DNA from: Lingula anatina
Taxonomy: Eukaryota > Animalia > Brachiopoda
Length of the DNA stretch: 64,000 bases
Direction of reading: 5' to 3'
Assembly (NCBI GenBank): GCA_051362555.1
Contig: CM120640.1
Coordinates: 52,244,788-52,308,787, forward strand
Shown: positions 12,301-26,269 of the stretch, one piece after another
Numbering within the stretch: the stretch's first letter is position 1
Layout: each line of letters begins with the position of its first letter
Translations under genes and position numbers: made by a program
Notes under the pieces: model-generated
Database searches by the model: none
Told to the model about the DNA's origin: nothing
The model's input: the letters and a program-made list of their open reading frames with translations, nothing else

Positions 12301-15300
12301 TTTTTTTTCTTTAAGTTTTCAATTTTTTCCAAATCACAGTTGCGCCGTTGTCTTCGTCTATCAGTGCGTCGGGCCACGTCTGGACTAGGATGGAAGACCG
12401 CCTGGCCACCTTTACTTGTCCTTTTTAGCGTGGCATCAAACAGATGTGTCGATTCCGTTTCATTTCCTTTCCGTCGATCAAAAACAGTGCTAGCGCGGAC
12501 AGTCATCGTCTACGACCATACCACGTTGAAAGCACCGGTTCTCGTCCGATCACCGAAGTTAAGCAACGTCGGGCCAGGTTAGTACTTGGATGGGTGACCG
12601 CCTGGGAATACCTGGTGCCGTAGACACGTTTTTGACATTTTATTCGTAGCCGATTTCAGTTTCTTTCACTTACCACTTTTTTTTCTTTAAGTTTTCAATT
12701 TTTTCCAAATCACAGTTGCGCCGTTGTCTTCGTCTATCAGTGCGTCGGGCCACGTCTGGACTAGGATGGAAGACCGCCTGGCCACCTTTACTTGTCCTTT
12801 TTAGCGTGGCATCAAACAGATGTGTCGATTCCGTTTCATTTCCTTTCCGTCGATCAAAAACAGTGCTAGCGCGGACAGTCATCGTCTACGACCATACCAC
12901 GTTGAAAGCACCGGTTCTCGTCCGATCACCGAAGTTAAGCAACGTCGGGCCAGGTTAGTACTTGGATGGGTGACCGCCTGGGAATACCTGGTGCCGTAGA
13001 CACGTTTTTGACATTTTATTCGTAGCCGATTTCAGTTTCTTTCACTTACCACTTTTTTTTCTTTAAGTTTTCAATTTTTTCCAAATCACAGTTGCGCCGT
13101 TGTCTTCGTCTATCAGTGCGTCGGGCCACGTCTGGACTAGGATGGAAGACCGCCTGGCCACCTTTACTTGTCCTTTTTAGCGTGGCATCAAACAGATGTG
13201 TCGATTCCGTTTCATTTCCTTTCCGTCGATCAAAAACAGTGCTAGCGCGGACAGTCATCGTCTACGACCATACCACGTTGAAAGCACCGGTTCTCGTCCG
13301 ATCACCGAAGTTAAGCAACGTCGGGCCAGGTTAGTACTTGGATGGGTGACCGCCTGGGAATACCTGGTGCCGTAGACACGTTTTTGACATTTTATTCGTA
13401 GCCGATTTCAGTTTCTTTCACTTACCACTTTTTTTTCTTTAAGTTTTCAATTTTTTCCAAATCACAGTTGCGCCGTTGTCTTCGTCTATCAGTGCGTCGG
13501 GCCACGTCTGGACTAGGATGGAAGACCGCCTGGCCACCTTTACTTGTCCTTTTTAGCGTGGCATCAAACAGATGTGTCGATTCCGTTTCATTTCCTTTCC
13601 GTCGATCAAAAACAGTGCTAGCGCGGACGGTCATCGTCTACGACCATACCACGTTGAAAGCACCGGTTCTCGTCCGATCACCGAAGTTAAGCAACGTCGG
13701 GCCAGGTTAGTACTTGGATGGGTGACCGCCTGGGAATACCTGGTGCCGTAGACACGTTTTTGACATTTTATTCGTAGCCGATTTCAGTTTCTTTCACTTA
13801 CCACTTTTTTTTCTTTAAGTTTTCAATTTTTTCCAAATCACAGTTGCGCCGTTGTCTTCGTCTATCAGTGCGTCGGGCCACGTCTGGACTAGGATGGAAG
13901 ACCGCCTGGCCACCTTTACTTGTCCTTTTTAGCGTGGCATCAAACAGATGTGTCGATTCCGTTTCATTTCCTTTCCGTCGATCAAAAACAGTGCTAGCGC
14001 GGACGGTCATCGTCTACGACCATACCACGTTGAAAGCACCGGTTCTCGTCCGATCACCGAAGTTAAGCAACGTCGGGCCAGGTTAGTACTTGGATGGGTG
14101 ACCGCCTGGGAATACCTGGTGCCGTAGACACGTTTTTGACATTTTATTCGTAGCCGATTTCAGTTTCTTTCACTTACCACTTTTTTTTCTTTAAGTTTTC
14201 AATTTTTTCCAAATCACAGTTGCGCCGTTGTCTTCGTCTATCAGTGCGTCGGGCCACGTCTGGACTAGGATGGAAGACCGCCTGGCCACCTTTACTTGTC
14301 CTTTTTAGCGTGGCATCAAACAGATGTGTCGATTCCGTTTCATTTCCTTTCCGTCGATCAAAAACAGTGCTAGCGCGGACGGTCATCGTCTACGACCATA
14401 CCACGTTGAAAGCACCGGTTCTCGTCCGATCACCGAAGTTAAGCAACGTCGGGCCAGGTTAGTACTTGGATGGGTGACCGCCTGGGAATACCTGGTGCCG
14501 TAGACACGTTTTTGACATTTTATTCGTAGCCGATTTCAGTTTCTTTCACTTACCACTTTTTTTTCTTTAAGTTTTCAATTTTTTCCAAATCACAGTTGCG
14601 CCGTTGTCTTCGTCTATCAGTGCGTCGGGCCACGTCTGGACTAGGATGGAAGACCGCCTGGCCACCTTTACTTGTCCTTTTTAGCGTGGCATCAAACAGA
14701 TGTGTCGATTCCGTTTCATTTCCTTTCCGTCGATCAAAAACAGTGCTAGCGCGGACGGTCATCGTCTACGACCATACCACGTTGAAAGCACCGGTTCTCG
14801 TCCGATCACCGAAGTTAAGCAACGTCGGGCCAGGTTAGTACTTGGATGGGTGACCGCCTGGGAATACCTGGTGCCGTAGACACGTTTTTGACATTTTATT
14901 CGTAGCCGATTTCAGTTTCTTTCACTTACCACTTTTTTTCTTTAAGTTTTCAATTTTTTCCAAATCACAGTTGCGCCGTTGTCTTCGTCTATCAGTGCGT
15001 CGGGCCACGTCTGGACTAGGATGGAAGACCGCCTGGCCACCTTTACTTGTCCTTTTTAGCGTGGCATCAAACAGATGTGTCGATTCCGTTTCATTTCCTT
15101 TCCGTCGATCAAAAACAGTGCTAGCGCGGACGGTCATCGTCTACGACCATACCACGTTGAAAGCACCGGTTCTCGTCCGATCACCGAAGTTAAGCAACGT
15201 CGGGCCAGGTTAGTACTTGGATGGGTGACCGCCTGGGAATACCTGGTGCCGTAGACACGTTTTTGACATTTTATTCGTAGCCGATTTCAGTTTCTTTCAC

Positions 15301-18300
15301 TTACCACTTTTTTTTCTTTAAGTTTTCAATTTTTTCCAAATCACAGTTGCGCCGTTGTCTTCGTCTATCAGTGCGTCGGGCCACGTCTGGACTAGGATGG
15401 AAGACCGCCTGGCCACCTTTACTTGTCCTTTTTAGCGTGGCATCAAACAGATGTGTCGATTCCGTTTCATTTCCTTTCCGTCGATCAAAAACAGTGCTAG
15501 CGCGGACGGTCATCGTCTACGACCATACCACGTTGAAAGCACCGGTTCTCGTCCGATCACCGAAGTTAAGCAACGTCGGGCCAGGTTAGTACTTGGATGG
15601 GTGACCGCCTGGGAATACCTGGTGCCGTAGACACGTTTTTGACATTTTATTCGTAGCCGATTTCAGTTTCTTTCACTTACCACTTTTTTTCTTTAAGTTT
15701 TCAATTTTTTCCAAATCACAGTTGCGCCGTTGTCTTCGTCTATCAGTGCGTCGGGCCACGTCTGGACTAGGATGGAAGACCGCCTGGCCACCTTTACTTG
15801 TCCTTTTTAGCGTGGCATCAAGCAGATGTGTCGATTCCGTTTCATTTCCTTTCCGTCGATCAAAAACAGTGCTAGCGCGGACGGTCATCGTCTACGACCA
15901 TACCACGTTGAAAGCACCGGTTCTCGTCCGATCACCGAAGTTAAGCAACGTCGGGCCAGGTTAGTACTTGGATGGGTGACCGCCTGGGAATACCTGGTGC
16001 CGTAGACACGTTTTTGACATTTTATTCGTAGCCGATTTCAGTTTCTTTCACTTACCACTTTTTTTTCTTTAAGTTTTCAATTTTTTCCAAATCACAGTTG
16101 CGCCGTTGTCTTCGTCTATCAGTGCGTCGGGCCACGTCTGGACTAGGATGGAAGACCGCCTGGCCACCTTTACTTGTCCTTTTTAGCGTGGCATCAAGCA
16201 GATGTGTCGATTCCGTTTCATTTCCTTTCCGTCGATCAAAAACAGTGCTAGCGCGGACGGTCATCGTCTACGACCATACCACGTTGAAAGCACCGGTTCT
16301 CGTCCGATCACCGAAGTTAAGCAACGTCGGGCCAGGTTAGTACTTGGATGGGTGACCGCCTGGGAATACCTGGTGCCGTAGACACGTTTTTGACATTTTA
16401 TTCGTAGCCGATTTCAGTTTCTTTCACTTACCACTTTTTTTTCTTTAAGTTTTCAATTTTTTCCAAATCACAGTTGCGCCGTTGTCTTCGTCTATCAGTG
16501 CGTCGGGCCACGTCTGGACTAGGATGGAAGACCGCCTGGCCACCTTTACTTGTCCTTTTTAGCGTGGCATCAAGCAGATGTGTCGATTCCGTTTCATTTC
16601 CTTTCCGTCGATCAAAAACAGTGCTAGCGCGGACGGTCATCGTCTACGACCATACCACGTTGAAAGCACCGGTTCTCGTCCGATCACCGAAGTTAAGCAA
16701 CGTCGGGCCAGGTTAGTACTTGGATGGGTGACCGCCTGGGAATACCTGGTGCCGTAGACACGTTTTTGACATTTTATTCGTAGCCGATTTCAGTTTCTTT
16801 CACTTACCACTTTTTTTTCTTTAAGTTTTCAATTTTTTCCAAATCACAGTTGCGCCGTTGTCTTCGTCTATCAGTGCGTCGGGCCACGTCTGGACTAGGA
16901 TGGAAGACCGCCTGGCCACCTTTACTTGTCCTTTTTAGCGTGGCATCAAGCAGATGTGTCGATTCCGTTTCATTTCCTTTCCGTCGATCAAAAACAGTGC
17001 TAGCGCGGACGGTCATCGTCTACGACCATACCACGTTGAAAGCACCGGTTCTCGTCCGATCACCGAAGTTAAGCAACGTCGGGCCAGGTTAGTACTTGGA
17101 TGGGTGACCGCCTGGGAATACCTGGTGCCGTAGACACGTTTTTGACATTTTATTCGTAGCCGATTTCAGTTTCTTTCACTTACCACTTTTTTTTCTTTAA
17201 GTTTTCAATTTTTTCCAAATCACAGTTGCGCCGTTGTCTTCGTCTATCAGTGCGTCGGGCCACGTCTGGACTAGGATGGAAGACCGCCTGGCCACCTTTA
17301 CTTGTCCTTTTTAGCGTGGCATCAAACAGATGTGTCGATTCCGTTTCATTTCCTTTCCGTCGATCAAAAACAGTGCTAGCGCGGACGGTCATCGTCTACG
17401 ACCATACCACGTTGAAAGCACCGGTTCTCGTCCGATCACCGAAGTTAAGCAACGTCGGGCCAGGTTAGTACTTGGATGGGTGACCGCCTGGGAATACCTG
17501 GTGCCGTAGACACGTTTTTGACATTTTATTCGTAGCCGATTTCAGTTTCTTTCACTTACCACTTTTTTTTCTTTAAGTTTTCAATTTTTTCCAAATCACA
17601 GTTGCGCCGTTGTCTTCGTCTATCAGTGCGTCGGGCCACGTCTGGACTAGGATGGAAGACCGCCTGGCCACCTTTACTTGTCCTTTTTAGCGTGGCATCA
17701 AGCAGATGTGTCGATTCCGTTTCATTTCCTTTCCGTCGATCAAAAACAGTGCTAGCGCGGACGGTCATCGTCTACGACCATACCACGTTGAAAGCACCGG
17801 TTCTCGTCCGATCACCGAAGTTAAGCAACGTCGGGCCAGGTTAGTACTTGGATGGGTGACCGCCTGGGAATACCTGGTGCCGTAGACACGTTTTTGACAT
17901 TTTATTCGTAGCCGATTTCAGTTTCTTTCACTTACCACTTTTTTTTCTTTAAGTTTTCAATTTTTTCCAAATCACAGTTGCGCCGTTGTCTTCGTCTATC
18001 AGTGCGTCGGGCCACGTCTGGACTAGGATGGAAGACCGCCTGGCCACCTTTACTTGTCCTTTTTAGCGTGGCATCAAGCAGATGTGTCGATTCCGTTTCA
18101 TTTCCTTTCCGTCGATCAAAAACAGTGCTAGCGCGGACAGTCATCGTCTACGACCATACCACGTTGAAAGCACCGGTTCTCGTCCGATCACCGAAGTTAA
18201 GCAACGTCGGGCCAGGTTAGTACTTGGATGGGTGACCGCCTGGGAATACCTGGTGCCGTAGACACGTTTTTGACATTTTATTCGTAGCCGATTTCAGTTT

Positions 18301-21300
18301 CTTTCACTTACCACTTTTTTTTCTTTAAGTTTTCAATTTTTTCCAAATCACAGTTGCGCCGTTGTCTTCGTCTATCAGTGCGTCGGGCCACGTCTGGACT
18401 AGGATGGAAGACCGCCTGGCCACCTTTACTTGTCCTTTTTAGCGTGGCATCAAACAGATGTGTCGATTCCGTTTCATTTCCTTTCGGTCGATCAAAAACA
18501 GTGCTAGCGCGGACAGTCATCGTCTACGACCATACCACGTTGAAAGCACCGGTTCTCGTCCGATCACCGAAGTTAAGCAACGTCGGGCCAGGTTAGTACT
18601 TGGATGGGTGACCGCCTGGGAATACCTGGTGCCGTAGACACGTTTTTGACATTTTATTCGTAGCCGATTTCAGTTTCTTTCACTTACCACTTTTTTTTCT
18701 TTAAGTTTTCAATTTTTTCCAAATCACAGTTGCGCCGTTGTCTTCGTCTATCAGTGCGTCGGGCCACGTCTGGACTAGGATGGAAGACCGCCTGGCCACC
18801 TTTACTTGTCCTTTTTAGCGTGGCATCAAACAGATGTGTCGATTCCGTTTCATTTCCTTTCCGTCGATCAAAAACAGTGCTAGCGCGGACGGTCATCGTC
18901 TACGACCATACCACGTTGAAAGCACCGGTTCTCCTCCGATCACCGAAGTTAAGCAACGTCGGGCCAGGTTAGTACTTGGATGGGTGACCGCCTGGGAATA
19001 CCTGGTGCCGTAGACACGTTTTTGACATTTTATTCGTAGCCGATTTCAGTTTCTTTCACTTACCACTTTTTTTTCTTTAAGTTTTCAATTTTTTCCAAAT
19101 CACAGTTGCGCCGTTGTCTTCGTCTATCAGTGCGTCGGGCCACGTCTGGACTAGGATGGAAGACCGCCTGGCCACCTTTACTTGTCCTTTTTAGCGTGGC
19201 ATCAAACAGATGTGTCGATTCCGTTTCATTTCCTTTCCGTCGATCAAAAACAGTGCTAGCGCGGACGGTCATCGTCTACGACCATACCACGTTGAAAGCA
19301 CCGGTTCTCGTCCGATCACCGAAGTTAAGCAACGTCGGGCCAGGTTAGTACTTGGATGGGTGACCGCCTGGGAATACCTGGTGCCGTAGACACGTTTTTG
19401 ACATTTTATTCGTAGCCGATTTCAGTTTCTTTCACTTACCACTTTTTTTTCTTTAAGTTTTCAATTTTTTCCAAATCACAGTTGCGCCGTTGTCTTCGTC
19501 TATCAGTGCGTCGGGCCACGTCTGGACTAGGATGGAAGACCGCCTGGCCACCTTTACTTGTCCTTTTTAGCGTGGCATCAAACAGATGTGTCGATTCCGT
19601 TTCATTTCCTTTCCGTCGATCAAAAACAGTGCTAGCGCGGACGGTCATCGTCTACGACCATACCACGTTGAAAGCACCGGTTCTCGTCCGATCACCGAAG
19701 TTAAGCAACGTCGGGCCAGGTTAGTACTTGGATGGGTGACCGCCTGGGAATACCTGGTGCCGTAGACACGTTTTTGACATTTTATTCGTAGCCGATTTCA
19801 GTTTCTTTCACTTACCACTTTTTTTTCTTTAAGTTTTCAATTTTTTCCAAATCACAGTTGCGCCGTTGTCTTCGTCTATCAGTGCGTCGGGCCACGTCTG
19901 GACTAGGATGGAAGACCGCCTGGCCACCTTTACTTGTCCTTTTTAGCGTGGCATCAAGCAGATGTGTCGATTCCGTTTCATTTCCTTTCCGTCGATCAAA
20001 AACAGTGCTAGCGCGGACAGTCATCGTCTACGACCATACCACGTTGAAAGCACCGGTTCTCGTCCGATCACCGAAGTTAAGCAACGTCGGGCCAGGTTAG
20101 TACTTGGATGGGTGACCGCCTGGGAATACCTGGTGCCGTAGACACGTTTTTGACATTTTATTCGTAGCCGATTTCAGTTTCTTTCACTTACCACTTTTTT
20201 TTCTTTAAGTTTTCAATTTTTTCCAAATCACAGTTGCGCCGTTGTCTTCGTCTATCAGTGCGTCGGGCCACGTCTGGACTAGGATGGAAGACCGCCTGGC
20301 CACCTTTACTTGTCCTTTTTAGCGTGGCATCAAACAGATGTGTCGATTCCGTTTCATTTCCTTTCGGTCGATCAAAAACAGTGCTAGCGCGGACAGTCAT
20401 CGTCTACGACCATACCACGTTGAAAGCACCGGTTCTCGTCCGATCACCGAAGTTAAGCAACGTCGGGCCAGGTTAGTACTTGGATGGGTGACCGCCTGGG
20501 AATACCTGGTGCCGTAGACACGTTTTTGACATTTTATTCGTAGCCGATTTCAGTTTCTTTCACTTACCACTTTTTTTTCTTTAAGTTTTCAATTTTTTCC
20601 AAATCACAGTTGCGCCGTTGTCTTCGTCTATCAGTGCGTCGGGCCACGTCTGGACTAGGATGGAAGACCGCCTGGCCACCTTTACTTGTCCTTTTTAGCG
20701 TGGCATCAAACAGATGTGTCGATTCCGTTTCATTTCCTTTCCGTCGATCAAAAACAGTGCTAGCGCGGACGGTCATCGTCTACGACCATACCACGTTGAA
20801 AGCACCGGTTCTCGTCCGATCACCAAAGTTAAGCAACGTCGGGCCAGGTTAGTACTTGGATGGGTGACCGCCTGGGAATACCTGGTGCCGTAGACACGTT
20901 TTTGACATTTTATTCGTAGCCGATTTCAGTTTCTTTCACTTACCACTTTTTTTTCTTTAAGTTTTCAATTTTTTCCAAATCACAGTTGCGCCGTTGTCTT
21001 CGTCTATCAGTGCGTCGGGCCACGTCTGGACTAGGATGGAAGACCGCCTGGCCACCTTTACTTGTCCTTTTTAGCGTGGCATCAAACAGATGTGTCGATT
21101 CCGTTTCATTTCCTTTCCGTCGATCAAAAACAGTGCTAGCGCGGACGGTCATCGTCTACGACCATACCACGTTGAAAGCACCGGTTCTCGTCCGATCACC
21201 GAAGTTAAGCAACGTCGGGCCAGGTTAGTACTTGGATGGGTGACCGCCTGGGAATACCTGGTGCCGTAGACACGTTTTTGACATTTTATTCGTAGCCGAT

Positions 21301-24300
21301 TTCAGTTTCTTTCACTTACCACTTTTTTTTCTTTAAGTTTTCAATTTTTTCCAAATCACAGTTGCGCCGTTGTCTTCGTCTATCAGTGCGTCGGGCCACG
21401 TCTGGACTAGGATGGAAGACCGCCTGGCCACCTTTACTTGTCCTTTTTAGCGTGGCATCAAACAGATGTGTCGATTCCGTTTCATTTCCTTTCCGTCGAT
21501 CAAAAACAGTGCTAGCGCGGACGGTCATCGTCTACGACCATACCACGTTGAAAGCACCGGTTCTCGTCCGATCACCGAAGTTAAGCAACGTCGGGCCAGG
21601 TTAGTACTTGGATGGGTGACCGCCTGGGAATACCTGGTGCCGTAGACACGTTTTTGACATTTTATTCGTAGCCGATTTCAGTTTCTTTCACTTACCACTT
21701 TTTTTTCTTTAAGTTTTCAATTTTTTCCAAATCACAGTTGCGCCGTTGTCTTCGTCTATCAGTGCGTCGGGCCACGTCTGGACTAGGATGGAAGACCGCC
21801 TGGCCACCTTTACTTGTCCTTTTTAGCGTGGCATCAAACAGATGTGTCGATTCCGTTTCATTTCCTTTCCGTCGATCAAAAACAGTGCTAGCGCGGACAG
21901 TCATCGTCTACGACCATACCACGTTGAAAGCACCGGTTCTCGTCCGATCACCGAAGTTAAGCAACGTCGGGCCAGGTTAGTACTTGGATGGGTGACCGCC
22001 TGGGAATACCTGGTGCCGTAGACACGTTTTTGACATTTTATTCGTAGCCGATTTCAGTTTCTTTCACTTACCACTTTTTTTTCTTTAAGTTTTCAATTTT
22101 TTCCAAATCACAGTTGCGCCGTTGTCTTCGTCTATCAGTGCGTCGGGCCACGTCTGGACTAGGATGGAAGACCGCCTGGCCACCTTTACTTGTCCTTTTT
22201 AGCGTGGCATCAAACAGATGTGTCGATTCCGTTTCATTTCCTTTCCGTCGATCAAAAACAGTGCTAGCGCGGACAGTCATCGTCTACGACCATACCACGT
22301 TGAAAGCACCGGTTCTCGTCCGATCACCGAAGTTAAGCAACGTCGGGCCAGGTTAGTACTTGGATGGGTGACCGCCTGGGAATACCTGGTGCCGTAGACA
22401 CGTTTTTGACATTTTATTCGTAGCCGATTTCAGTTTCTTTCACTTACCACTTTTTTTTCTTTAAGTTTTCAATTTTTTCCAAATCACAGTTGCGCCGTTG
22501 TCTTCGTCTATCAGTGCGTCGGGCCACGTCTGGACTAGGATGGAAGACCGCCTGGCCACCTTTACTTGTCCTTTTTAGCGTGGCATCAAACAGATGTGTC
22601 GATTCCGTTTCATTTCCTTTCCGTCGATCAAAAACAGTGCTAGCGCGGACAGTCATCGTCTACGACCATACCACGTTGAAAGCACCGGTTCTCGTCCGAT
22701 CACCGAAGTTAAGCAACGTCGGGCCAGGTTAGTACTTGGATGGGTGACCGCCTGGGAATACCTGGTGCCGTAGACACGTTTTTGACATTTTATTCGTAGC
22801 CGATTTCAGTTTCTTTCACTTACCACTTTTTTTTCTTTAAGTTTTCAATTTTTTCCAAATCACAGTTGCGCCGTTGTCTTCGTCTATCAGTGCGTCGGGC
22901 CACGTCTGGACTAGGATGGAAGACCGCCTGGCCACCTTTACTTGTCCTTTTTAGCGTGGCATCAAACAGATGTGTCGATTCCGTTTCATTTCCTTTCCGT
23001 CGATCAAAAACAGTGCTAGCGCGGACAGTCATCGTCTACGACCATACCACGTTGAAAGCACCGGTTCTCGTCCGATCACCGAAGTTAAGCAACGTCGGGC
23101 CAGGTTAGTACTTGGATGGGTGACCGCCTGGGAATACCTGGTGCCGTAGACACGTTTTTGACATTTTATTCGTAGCCGATTTCAGTTTCTTTCACTTACC
23201 ACTTTTTTTTCTTTAAGTTTTCAATTTTTTCCAAATCACAGTTGCGCCGTTGTCTTCGTCTATCAGTGCGTCGGGCCACGTCTGGACTAGGATGGAAGAC
23301 CGCCTGGCCACCTTTACTTGTCCTTTTTAGCGTGGCATCAAACAGATGTGTCGATTCCGTTTCATTTCCTTTCCGTCGATCAAAAACAGTGCTAGCGCGG
23401 ACAGTCATCGTCTACGACCATACCACGTTGAAAGCACCGGTTCTCGTCCGATCACCGAAGTTAAGCAACGTCGGGCCAGGTTAGTACTTGGATGGGTGAC
23501 CGCCTGGGAATACCTGGTGCCGTAGACACGTTTTTGACATTTTATTCGTAGCCGATTTCAGTTTCTTTCACTTACCACTTTTTTTTCTTTAAGTTTTCAA
23601 TTTTTTCCAAATCACAGTTGCGCCGTTGTCTTCGTCTATCAGTGCGTCGGGCCACGTCTGGACTAGGATGGAAGACCGCCTGGCCACCTTTACTTGTCCT
23701 TTTTAGCGTGGCATCAAACAGATGTGTCGATTCCGTTTCATTTCCTTTCCGTCGATCAAAAACAGTGCTAGCGCGGACAGTCATCGTCTACGACCATACC
23801 ACGTTGAAAGCACCGGTTCTCGTCCGATCACCGAAGTTAAGCAACGTCGGGCCAGGTTAGTACTTGGATGGGTGACCGCCTGGGAATACCTGGTGCCGTA
23901 GACACGTTTTTGACATTTTATTCGTAGCCGATTTCAGTTTCTTTCACTTACCACTTTTTTTTCTTTAAGTTTTCAATTTTTTCCAAATCACAGTTGCGCC
24001 GTTGTCTTCGTCTATCAGTGCGTCGGGCCACGTCTGGACTAGGATGGAAGACCGCCTGGCCACCTTTACTTGTCCTTTTTAGCGTGGCATCAAACAGATG
24101 TGTCGATTCCGTTTCATTTCCTTTCCGTCGATCAAAAACAGTGCTAGCGCGGACAGTCATCGTCTACGACCATACCACGTTGAAAGCACCGGTTCTCGTC
24201 CGATCACCGAAGTTAAGCAACGTCGGGCCAGGTTAGTACTTGGATGGGTGACCGCCTGGGAATACCTGGTGCCGTAGACACGTTTTTGACATTTTATTCG

Positions 24301-25669
24301 TAGCCGATTTCAGTTTCTTTCACTTACCACTTTTTTTTCTTTAAGTTTTCAATTTTTTCCAAATCACAGTTGCGCCGTTGTCTTCGTCTATCAGTGCGTC
24401 GGGCCACGTCTGGACTAGGATGGAAGACCGCCTGGCCACCTTTACTTGTCCTTTTTAGCGTGGCATCAAACAGATGTGTCGATTCCGTTTCATTTCCTTT
24501 CCGTCGATCAAAAACAGTGCTAGCGCGGACAGTCATCGTCTACGACCATACCACGTTGAAAGCACCGGTTCTCGTCCGATCACCGAAGTTAAGCAACGTC
24601 GGGCCAGGTTAGTACTTGGATGGGTGACCGCCTGGCAATACCTGGTGCCGTAGACACGTTTTTGACATTTTATTCGTAGCCGATTTCAGTTTCTTTCACT
24701 TACCACTTTTTTTTTCTTTAAGTTTTCAATTTTTTTCCAAATCACAGTTGCGCCGTTGTCTTCGTCTATCAGTGCGTCGGGCCACGTCTGGACTAGGATG
24801 GAAGACCGCCTGGCCACCTTTACTTGTCCTTTTTAGCGTGGCATCAAACAGATGTGTCGATTCCGTTTCATTTCCTTTCCGTCGATCAAAAACAGTGCTA
24901 GCGCGGACAGTCATCGTCTACGACCATACCACGTTGAAAGCACCGGTTCTCGTCCGATCACCGAAGTTAAGCAACGTCGGGCCAGGTTAGTACTTGGATG
25001 GGTGACCGCCTGGGAATACCTGGTGCCGTAGACACGTTTTTGACATTTTATTCGTAGCCGATTTCAGTTTCTTTCACTTACCACTTTTTTTTCTTTAAGT
25101 TTTCAATTTTTTTCCAAATCACAGTTGCGCCGTTGTCTTCGTCTATCAGTGCGTCGGGCCACGTCTGGACTAGGATGGAAGACCGCCTGGCCACCTTTAC
25201 TTGTCCTTTTTAGCGTGGCATCAAACAGATGTGTCGATTCCGTTTCATTTCCTTTCCGTCGATCAAAAACAGTGCTAGCGCGGACAGTCATCGTCTACGA
25301 CCATACCACGTTGAAAGCACCGGTTCTCGTCCGATCACCGAAGTTAAGCAACGTCGGGCCAGGTTAGTACTTGGATGGGTGACCGCCTGGGAATACCTGG
25401 TGCCGTAGACACGTTTTTGACATTTTATTCGTAGCCGATTTCAGTTTCTTTCACTTACCACTTTTTTTTCTTTAAGTTTTCAATTTTTTTCCAAATCACA
25501 GTTGCGCCGTTGTCTTCGTCTATCAGTGCGTCGGGCCACGTCTGGACTAGGATGGAAGACCGCCTGGCCACCTTTACTTGTCCTTTTTAGCGTGGCATCA
25601 AACAGATGTGTCGATTCCGTTTCATTTCCTTTCCGTCGATCAAAAACAGTGCTAGCGCGGACAGTCATC

Positions 25670-25771
25670 GTCTACGACCATACCACGTTGAAAGCACCGG
25701 TTCTCGTCCGATCACCGAAGTTAAGCAACGTCGGGCCAGGTTAGTACTTGGATGGGTGACCGCCTGGGAAT
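25670..25771 (+). rRNA. 5S rRNA gene interrupted after nt 102 by transposon 1 (3' remainder resumes at 33376-33392)
   Basis: 5S sequence is perfect to ...CCGCCTGGGAAT, then switches to unrelated GGCCCATGA. ACCTGGTGCCGTAGACA and the normal spacer resume at 33376. Confidence 0.97.
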
Positions 25772-26269
25772 GGCCCATGACCCCCCTGGGTAGTAATCAT
25801 AGTTCCTGGGAATCACGATGGTGGCGCTGAAGGGATAAACCCTTTGATCGTACAAGACGAGCCATGCTGGTTTTGTCAAAATTTATAAGCAGAATATCAT
25901 AATATCCTTCTTTTTGATGTTTACTCATTGTAACAATAAAAGGCATTTTTCATGATTATATAAAATTATTTTTCTTTCTTTTTCGACAGTTTTTAGAGTT
26001 TCCTCTTTAGGTATTTTATATAACACACTCTTCTTCGATTTTAATTTGAAATGAAAATTTTAAAAAGAGAGTAAAATTAAATTGTACTTCTTTGTTTCTT
26101 ACTGCGGTAATTTCATTTATTTCCTGTTTAATTAAATGACTCAAGTATGACAACTGAAATGTCTTCTTCAACACATCTTTATTATGGAAAAAATGAACAA
26201 AAAGTTACTGAAACAACATGAGTATTGAAAATGCACAAATATGAACAACAAGCATGTGCAACATTACTG

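Larger units (their letters stand above)
1..25771 (+). repeat. 5S rDNA tandem array, 375-378-bp unit (119-nt 5S gene + ~257-bp non-transcribed spacer); 68 intact genes plus one interrupted; continues beyond window start
   Basis: Near-identical unit recurring every 376-377 bp (the ORF track recurs at 294, 671, 1047 ... 25502). Each unit contains a canonical metazoan 5S sequence followed by a TTTTT terminator. Confidence 0.99.

Noticed and set aside
248-25744. Repeated 62-80-aa ORFs on both strands in each array unit
   Set aside because: They overlap the 5S rRNA gene and spacer, start mostly at non-ATG codons and change with T-tract length. They are chance frames.
1-25771. CRISPR-like repeat/spacer array
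   Set aside because: The spacers are identical rather than unique, the repeat is a eukaryotic 5S rRNA gene, and there are no cas genes.
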